A program made the translations under genes and the position numbers. Of a DNA stretch of 45,231 nt, positions 39,540 to 45,231 are shown piece by piece. The number at the start of each line of letters is the position of its first letter. Within the stretch, counting starts at the first letter, position 1. Source of the stretch: an uncultured Verrucomicrobiota bacterium (GTDB lineage: Bacteria; Verrucomicrobiota; Kiritimatiellia; CAIQIC01; JAGNIJ01); assembly GCA_964421535.1 (NCBI GenBank), contig CAYQYB010000002.1, positions 1 through 45,231 on the forward strand. Direction: 5' to 3'. Under the pieces are notes generated by a model. That model saw only the letters and a program-made list of their open reading frames with translations. It searched no databases and was not told the DNA's origin.

Positions 39540-41051
39540 TCACCGCGCCGCCCTCACGCGGTAGTATGCGGCGTCGGCGGGTGCGTCGGTGTAGATGTTG
39601 ACGGGCGGCGTCGCCGCAATGTTCGACGCCACGACGGAAAACTGCTGAAGCAGGTTCGTGGACCGACCCACCTCGTAGGTCCGGCCTGTGACGCTGCTCC
39701 ACTGCACGACGACTCCGCCCGCGTCCTCCGGCGACGGACTTTCCATGCGAAACAGCGAGTTCGAGTCGGACGGGCTCGTTCCCGCAATGAATTCCTGGGC
39801 GTTGAGAAAATGATCGCCGTCAAGGTCGCCGGCGGCATCTCCCGCCGTGTTGGTGCTCAGGCCGTAGTACACCTCCCACGCGTCATGCATGCCGTCCGCG
39901 TCCGCGTCGGCGAATATCTCGTCGACGCGCAGGATGCGGCCGCCGGAGTAGTCGCACACGTAGATGCGGCCGTCTTCGCCTTCGCCGAACCCCGTGATGT
40001 TGAACGCCGCCTGCAGGAGCTGGTTGGTCCGCCACAGTCCGCCGTCCCGCTTGAGGGCCCAGAGGCGGCCGCTGCAGTAATCGGCGAACAGATACGCGCC
40101 ATACATGTAGGAATAGTAAACGCCGCGGTACACCTTGCCGCCGGTGACCGAACAGCCGAGCGAGTGGTCGTACTCGGCCACGGGCATCGTGAGGCCGTTC
40201 GTGCCGCACGTGTTCAGGCTGGTGCAGTGAAAGCCTTCGAAGGACCTCCAGCCGTAATTCTGCCCGCCCGAGCTCGACGCAGGCTGGAAGTTCACCTCTT
40301 CCCACACGTTCTGGCCGACGTCACCAATGTACAGGTCGGCCGTGACCCGGTCGAACGCCCACCGCCACGGGTTGCGAAGGCCCAGCGCCCAGATCTCGGG
40401 CCGGAAACCGCCCACGCCGACAAACGGGTTGTCCGCGGGTATCGCGTAGGTCGTCCCATTCGGCGGCTCGACGCCGATCCGGAGCATCTTGCCGAGCAGC
40501 TGGCTCGTGTTCTGCGCGAGATTGGAGGGATCGTTTCCGGAGCCGCCGTCGCCGAACCCGACGTAGAGATACGCGTTATTGGAGGGGCTGAAGCCGATCT
40601 GCCCGCCATTGTGATTCGCGTACGGCTGGTGCACGCGAAGCAGCTGCTCCTCGCTGTTCGTGTCGGCAAGGTTCGGGTTGCCCGGCAAGAGCCAGAAGCG
40701 GGAGACCACCGAGGTCCAGCCGGGGTCCGTATATGAAACGTAGAAGTGCCGGCCGGTCGCGAACCCGGACGGGAAAGCGACGCCGAGAAGGCCCTGCTCT
40801 CCTCCGAATATGATCCGGCTTCCGATGTCGAGCAGCGTGCCGATGACCACCCCGTTGCTGACGATCAGGATCTGTCCGCTCTGCTGAACAACGTACAGCC
40901 GCCCGCTGCCGTCCCCCGCGCTTGCCACCTCCACGGGCGCCGACACGCCGGTGACGACCGGGGTCAGCGCGATCGACGGCCAGTTCGCCGCCGCCGCGCA
41001 GACGGCCGTCCCGAGAACGATCAGCACAGCCTGACGCCATCCGGAGTCCAT
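39540..41051 (-). CDS. secreted PQQ-dependent sugar dehydrogenase (soluble glucose/sorbosone dehydrogenase family) with TSP3-like linker and C-terminal YYRVR module
   Basis: GGAGG lies 5 nt upstream of ATG 41051. Family motifs: GGEQGLLGVAFPSGFATGRHFYVSYT, HQPYANHNGGQIGFSP, YVGFGDGGSGNDP, LLGKMLRI, IWALGLRNPWRWAFD, LYIGDVGQNVWEEVN. The C-terminus has DADADGMHDAWEVYYG...DLDGDHFLNAQEF and ends in AAYYRVRAAR. Confidence 0.87.
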   Translation of the reverse strand: MDSGWRQAVLIVLGTAVCAAAANWPSIALTPVVTGVSAPVEVASAGDGSGRLYVVQQSGQILIVSNGVVIGTLLDIGSRIIFGGEQGLLGVAFPSGFATGRHFYVSYTDPGWTSVVSRFWLLPGNPNLADTNSEEQLLRVHQPYANHNGGQIGFSPSNNAYLYVGFGDGGSGNDPSNLAQNTSQLLGKMLRIGVEPPNGTTYAIPADNPFVGVGGFRPEIWALGLRNPWRWAFDRVTADLYIGDVGQNVWEEVNFQPASSSGGQNYGWRSFEGFHCTSLNTCGTNGLTMPVAEYDHSLGCSVTGGKVYRGVYYSYMYGAYLFADYCSGRLWALKRDGGLWRTNQLLQAAFNITGFGEGEDGRIYVCDYSGGRILRVDEIFADADADGMHDAWEVYYGLSTNTAGDAAGDLDGDHFLNAQEFIAGTSPSDSNSLFRMESPSPEDAGGVVVQWSSVTGRTYEVGRSTNLLQQFSVVASNIAATPPVNIYTDAPADAAYYRVRAAR

Positions 41052-41345
41052 AGAACCTCCGCATCCTGGGTCAATATAACCCGGGATGCCGGCGATTCCA
41101 CGCAGGCGCCGGCTGCGGCCGCCGGGTGGACATCCAAAGCCCGGCGGCGAAGCCCGTTGCGCTCAAGTCAGGTTTTTCGAACCCCACAGGGCTGGGCACT
41201 CCGGCGACGTAATCCGACTGCGGGATCCTTCGACCACAAGGCCGTAGACACGCGTGCATTCATGGCTTCACCCCTGCGTCTTTAGTCTTTGACAGCGTGC
41301 CGCCATTGCGGCCAAATTCCCGCACAAGGAGCGTATGACTACCCC

Positions 41346-44300
41346 ATGAGAAGGAAACAATTCATGCCCGTCTGCCGGATCGCCGTTTACATGCTGATGG
41401 TTTCCGTCGCACCCGTCTTTGCCGAGAGCAACACCGTCACGCTCGTTTCCGGCATCTACAGCAACTCGCCGAGCGGCGTGATCGTCGGCTTCACGGGAAC
41501 CAATAATTCGCTGACCGTCCAGAGTGCCGGCGTCCTGAACACCACGAACTTCTCCGCGGTCGGAATCATGACCGAGGCGTGCTTCAACGCGGCCACCGTC
41601 ACGGGCGCCGGCTCGACCTGGTCCAGCGGCGCCGGGCTCTACGTCGGCGGCTATGGCTCGTTCAACCGGCTGACGATCGCCGCGGGCGGACGGGTCCTCG
41701 TCAGCAACATCGCGTTCATGGCCATGGACCCGGTGTCGTCCAACAACACGATGCTGATTACCGGATCCGGTTCGGCGTTCATCGTGCCCACCAACCGCGA
41801 GATTGACATCGGCTATGCGGGCAGCGGCAACAGCGTCACCATTTCCAACAGCGGGTGCCTGGCCGCCGGGCAGGTTTCGATCGGGATGGCGGCAACCGCG
41901 TCGCGAAACAGCCTGCTCGTCTACGGCGGCACGGTCACCGCCAACTACGTCTATGTCGGCGACGAAGGAGGCTACAGCAATCGCCTCCTCCTGTCGGGCG
42001 CCGGGACCCTCCTCTTCGTATCCAACACTCTGGCCTGCGGCGCGTCGGGCCGCGCGGGCCGCATGGAGATCCTAGATGGCGCGCGCGCCGAGAACGGCTG
42101 GGGCCAGATCGGCTGGGAACTCGGCAGCGACTCGAACATCGTCGTCGTCTCCGCCTCGACGTGGTCGAACCGCAACGACCTCTACCTTGGATTCCGCGGC
42201 TCGTACAACACGCTTGTCGTTACCAACGGCGGCAAAGTGTACAGCCGCGGCTGGACGGCCATCGCCGGGGATTCCAACAGCGCGGGCAACACAGCCATCG
42301 TGACAGGACCCGGCTCCGCATGGGTCACGACCAACGAGTTCCGCGTCGGCCATAACGGCTCGTCCAACCGCCTCGAGATCCGCGACGGGGCCAGCGTGTC
42401 GAACGGCTGGAGCGCGCACGTCGGCGACTCCGCCACCGCCCACGGCAACAGCGTCCTCGTCACCGGAACCAACACGCGCTGGGTGATCCGGGAAACGTTC
42501 CGCATCGGCGAGTATTCGGCGGGGAACCGGATGGACCTGCGCGACGGCGCGTTCCTGTCCGACTCCAACGCCTACCTCGGCGCAGGGTTCTCCGGGTTCT
42601 CCGGCAACGTCGTCTGCGTGTCCGGGCCCGGCACGGTGTGGACAAACACCGGCGAGGTGGACCTGTACGGCGGCGGCAACGTTCTGACCGTCAGCAACGG
42701 CGCGGTTGGCTATTCCCTCGAGCTCACGGCCAACGGCGGCGGCGCGACCGGCGGCATCGTGCTCGACGGCACGAACACGCGCTGGCTCTGCGCGGGCCGC
42801 GCGGGAGCCGGCCTGTACTCGTCGGACTCGAGCCTCACGATCACCAACGGCGCCCGCCTCGCCAGCGGCAACGGCTCGATCGGCCTGGGCACGGTCGAGA
42901 GCAACATGGTCGTGGTGACCGGCTCCGGCTCCGTCTGGTCCAACAGCGGCTCTCTCCGGGCCGGGTACGACGGCAACGCGAACTCGCTGACCGTTGATCG
43001 GGGCGGCCAGGTCTTCTGCTCCGACGGCAGCGTGGGCGCGGACACCGGCGGGGATTGGAACTTCGCGCGGGTATCGGATACGGGCTCCCTCTGGCGCTGC
43101 TCGGGAAGCCTGCTGGTCGGCAACAGTCACTTCAACCGCCTCCTCGTCGAGAACGGAGCCGCGCTCGCCTGCACGTCCGCCGTCGTCGGCTGGGGCACCT
43201 CGAACGAAGTCGTGGTGACGGGCGCGGGCTCGTCGTGGTCGAACTCCGGCGGCCTCGTGATCGGCGCCGGCTCGTTCGGCGAGCAGAACCGGTTCATGGT
43301 GAGCGGCGGCGCATGCGCCTGGACCCGCAGCGCGATCCTCGGCGAGAGGATCGGCACCGCTAACTGCGCCGTGGTGACGGGCGGCGGGTCCGTGTGGACG
43401 AGCGCGGCCTGGATCACCGTCGGCCTGACCGGGCTGTACAACCGACTGCTCGTGGAAGACGGCGGCGCGGTCTACTGCCGGACCGGCTTCGTCGGAGCGG
43501 CCGCCGGAAGCACCGGCAACGTCGCGTGCGTCTCCGGCACAGGCTCCCTCTGGAGCATCGCCACGCGGCTCTACGTCGGGTTCAGCGGCGTCGGCAACCG
43601 GATGGTCGTCGAACAGGGCGGCGCGGTGAACGCCGACCGCGGCTACGTCGGATTCACAAACGCCTCCGGCAGCGAGCTGGTTGTGGATGGCGGGCGGATG
43701 ATCTTCACGAACTTCCTGGAAGTTGGCGACGGCGCCTCCGGCAGCCGGCTCACGATCACGAACGGGGGGCTTGTGCAGGATGACTACGCGATCCTGGGCT
43801 ACTACGGATCCTCATCGAACAATGAGGCCGTCGTCAGCGGTCCGGGCAGCATCTGGTCAAACGTCACCGACCTGCAGGTCGGCCGCCTCGGCACGAACAA
43901 CGGCCTCCGCATCGAGCGCGGCGGCGCGGTGTACGCGGACAGCGTCAGCCTCTCGGGCAACGGCGGGGCCGCAAACCGCCTCGTCGTCGCGGATACCGGC
44001 TCCCTTCTGGTCTGCGCAGGAATGCTGCACGTGTCCTACGGATCGAGCAACTCCGTCATGATCTGCAGCGGTGCGACGGTCCGCACGACCGGAGGCGGCG
44101 CCTTCGGGTTCAACCCGGGAGCGGACAGCAACACGATGACCATCGCGGGCCACGGCACCCGGTTCATCTCCGCGGACAACTACCAGATCGGCTGGCAATC
44201 GGGCTGCAACCGCTTCACGGTCCGCGACGGCGCGTACGTCGAGCTGGCCCGGTCCAGCGACATCGGCTCGCGCGGCTCGCGAAACGTCGCCGTCGCGGAT

Positions 44301-45231
44301 GGCGCGGGAACCATCTGGACGAACCGGGCCGACCTGAACATCGGATCCACGTTCAGCAACTACTTCGGCAACCGGCTCGAGATCACGAACAGCGCGGCGG
44401 TCCACGTGGACGGCCACTTACTCGTGGGCCGCCGATGGGACCGCGGGTCGAACGACGTTGCCGTCGTCTATCCGGACTCGTTGTTGATCGTGCGCTCGAA
44501 CCTGTGGGTGATCAGAGGGACGAACGAACTGCGCGGCGGCACGATCCGCGCCGGCGCATTGGTGATGACCAACAGCACAGCGCGAATGGCGTTTGAGAGC
44601 GGGACGCTCTCGATCGGTGCCGCCGAGGTGTCCAATGGCGTGCCTCTGCTTGTCGGCGGCGCGCTGACGTTCGGCGGCGGCTCCTTCCGTTTCGCGGACG
44701 GATTGCGGGTCGGCACAAACGCGATGGCGAGCGGCGTGGGGACCGTGAAGGTGGACTCCGCGTCGTTCGTCAACCACGGCACGGTCACCTTCGGAACCCC
44801 GGCCGCGCCGGGGCAGATTGTCGTGGATGGATCCTTCAGCCAGCAGATCACCGGCCGGCTGACGTTCAAGCTTGCGGGCGACCAGCCGGGTTCCGGGCAT
44901 GACCAGCTCGCCGTGCTCGGCAAGTACAACAACTTCGGTACGCTGACCGTCACCCGGACCACCGGCTTCCTGCCGAAGGCGGGCCAGGAGTTCTGGCTGA
45001 TCACGTACACGAACTGGAACGGCGTCTTCGGGGCCGAGGAACTCCCCCCCTGGTTCGGCTGGACGGTGCAGTACACGCCCACCGGCATCGCCGTCTACGT
45101 GATGAGCGTCGAGACCGCGACGAACGGCGTGCCGAAGGCGTGGCTCGCGGACAGCGGCTGGACCAACAACTTCGACGCCGCGGCGACCAACGATGCCGAT
45201 GGTGATCATGTCGCGACGTGGCAGGAATACT
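41346..45231 (+). CDS. secreted beta-helix repeat protein (T5SS/PEP-CTERM-associated-repeat-like), 3' end beyond window; absent from the ORF track
   Basis: My translation in the frame of ATG 41346 (alternative ATG 41364) gives MRRKQFMPVCRIAVYMLMVSVAPVFAES..., a signal peptide. I found no in-frame stop to nt 45231; the frame was spot-checked codon by codon at about 42060, 42960, 43020, 43320, 43800, 44400, 44460 and 45060. There are about 18 repeats of ~60 aa with the pattern V(T/S)G(x)GS(x)W(x)n L(x)VG(x)nN(R/S)L(x)(V/I)(x)(N/D)GG(x)V. The visible end is NDADGDHVATWQEY, the start of a TSP3-like linker. No listed + ORF uses this frame, as expected if the track only reports ORFs closed by a stop. 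Confidence 0.85.
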   Translation, partial: MRRKQFMPVCRIAVYMLMVSVAPVFAESNTVTLVSGIYSNSPSGVIVGFTGTNNSLTVQSAGVLNTTNFSAVGIMTEACFNAATVTGAGSTWSSGAGLYVGGYGSFNRLTIAAGGRVLVSNIAFMAMDPVSSNNTMLITGSGSAFIVPTNREIDIGYAGSGNSVTISNSGCLAAGQVSIGMAATASRNSLLVYGGTVTANYVYVGDEGGYSNRLLLSGAGTLLFVSNTLACGASGRAGRMEILDGARAENGWGQIGWELGSDSNIVVVSASTWSNRNDLYLGFRGSYNTLVVTNGGKVYSRGWTAIAGDSNSAGNTAIVTGPGSAWVTTNEFRVGHNGSSNRLEIRDGASVSNGWSAHVGDSATAHGNSVLVTGTNTRWVIRETFRIGEYSAGNRMDLRDGAFLSDSNAYLGAGFSGFSGNVVCVSGPGTVWTNTGEVDLYGGGNVLTVSNGAVGYSLELTANGGGATGGIVLDGTNTRWLCAGRAGAGLYSSDSSLTITNGARLASGNGSIGLGTVESNMVVVTGSGSVWSNSGSLRAGYDGNANSLTVDRGGQVFCSDGSVGADTGGDWNFARVSDTGSLWRCSGSLLVGNSHFNRLLVENGAALACTSAVVGWGTSNEVVVTGAGSSWSNSGGLVIGAGSFGEQNRFMVSGGACAWTRSAILGERIGTANCAVVTGGGSVWTSAAWITVGLTGLYNRLLVEDGGAVYCRTGFVGAAAGSTGNVACVSGTGSLWSIATRLYVGFSGVGNRMVVEQGGAVNADRGYVGFTNASGSELVVDGGRMIFTNFLEVGDGASGSRLTITNGGLVQDDYAILGYYGSSSNNEAVVSGPGSIWSNVTDLQVGRLGTNNGLRIERGGAVYADSVSLSGNGGAANRLVVADTGSLLVCAGMLHVSYGSSNSVMICSGATVRTTGGGAFGFNPGADSNTMTIAGHGTRFISADNYQIGWQSGCNRFTVRDGAYVELARSSDIGSRGSRNVAVADGAGTIWTNRADLNIGSTFSNYFGNRLEITNSAAVHVDGHLLVGRRWDRGSNDVAVVYPDSLLIVRSNLWVIRGTNELRGGTIRAGALVMTNSTARMAFESGTLSIGAAEVSNGVPLLVGGALTFGGGSFRFADGLRVGTNAMASGVGTVKVDSASFVNHGTVTFGTPAAPGQIVVDGSFSQQITGRLTFKLAGDQPGSGHDQLAVLGKYNNFGTLTVTRTTGFLPKAGQEFWLITYTNWNGVFGAEELPPWFGWTVQYTPTGIAVYVMSVETATNGVPKAWLADSGWTNNFDAAATNDADGDHVATWQEY

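Noticed and set aside
39810-40736. ORF 39810..40736 (+, 308 aa) and several minus alternative-frame ORFs inside the dehydrogenase gene
   Set aside because: These are shadow frames. 39540..41051 (-) carries the soluble glucose/sorbosone dehydrogenase motifs.
42072-45209. Minus-strand ORFs 42072..43130 (352 aa), 43857..44417 (186 aa), 44418..45209 (263 aa) and 44468..45088 (206 aa)
   Set aside because: They are antisense to the long unlisted plus-strand repeat-protein frame. They have an Arg/Ala/Asp/Gly-rich composition and no start context or motifs.
1-45231. Search by eye for tRNA, rRNA, tmRNA, transposase/integrase, phage or cas genes
   Set aside because: I recognised none. The intergenic regions are short except 20737-21603, which shows no cloverleaf-like arrangement. 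This is a by-eye negative and should be confirmed with tRNAscan-SE, Infernal and ISfinder-type searches.

Overview
45.2-kb high-GC bacterial chromosomal segment. Hand counts of single 60-nt lines gave about 55% GC in one island and about 75% in a flanking gene. I call 25 protein-coding genes, two of them cut by the window edges. I found no rRNA, tRNA, CRISPR array, transposase, integrase or phage gene. In order, the window holds: (1) the 3' part of glnS. (2) A minus-strand operon of YceI, type III polyketide synthase, a membrane methyltransferase::FAD monooxygenase fusion, and a SAM methyltransferase. This is a candidate phenolic-lipid/alkylquinone pathway and my top candidate for an undescribed system. 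(3) An apparently soluble Ser/Thr kinase with a jelly-roll domain, about 11 LRRs and a C-type lectin domain. (4) An unlisted 56-aa ribbon-helix-helix gene with its own sigma70-like promoter. (5) A 3109-aa secreted multi-domain glycoside hydrolase. (6) A repeat-rich region around a flavin reductase gene and a lower-GC Sel1-repeat gene. (7) A long block of secreted or envelope proteins: lipoproteins, SGNH esterase, cyclophilin, gingipain-like C25 peptidase with two lectin domains, NPP-type phosphodiesterase, an internally duplicated GH-like protein, a PQQ-type sugar dehydrogenase, and a >1295-aa beta-helix repeat protein. The ORF track misses that last protein because it runs off the 3' edge. 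Several block proteins share thrombospondin-type-3-like acidic linkers plus a ~65-aa module ending in an FYRVR-like motif. The architectures suggest a PVC-superphylum organism (Kiritimatiellota/Verrucomicrobiota/Planctomycetota-like); this is inference only. All functional calls come from motif recognition by eye and none was verified by a database search.
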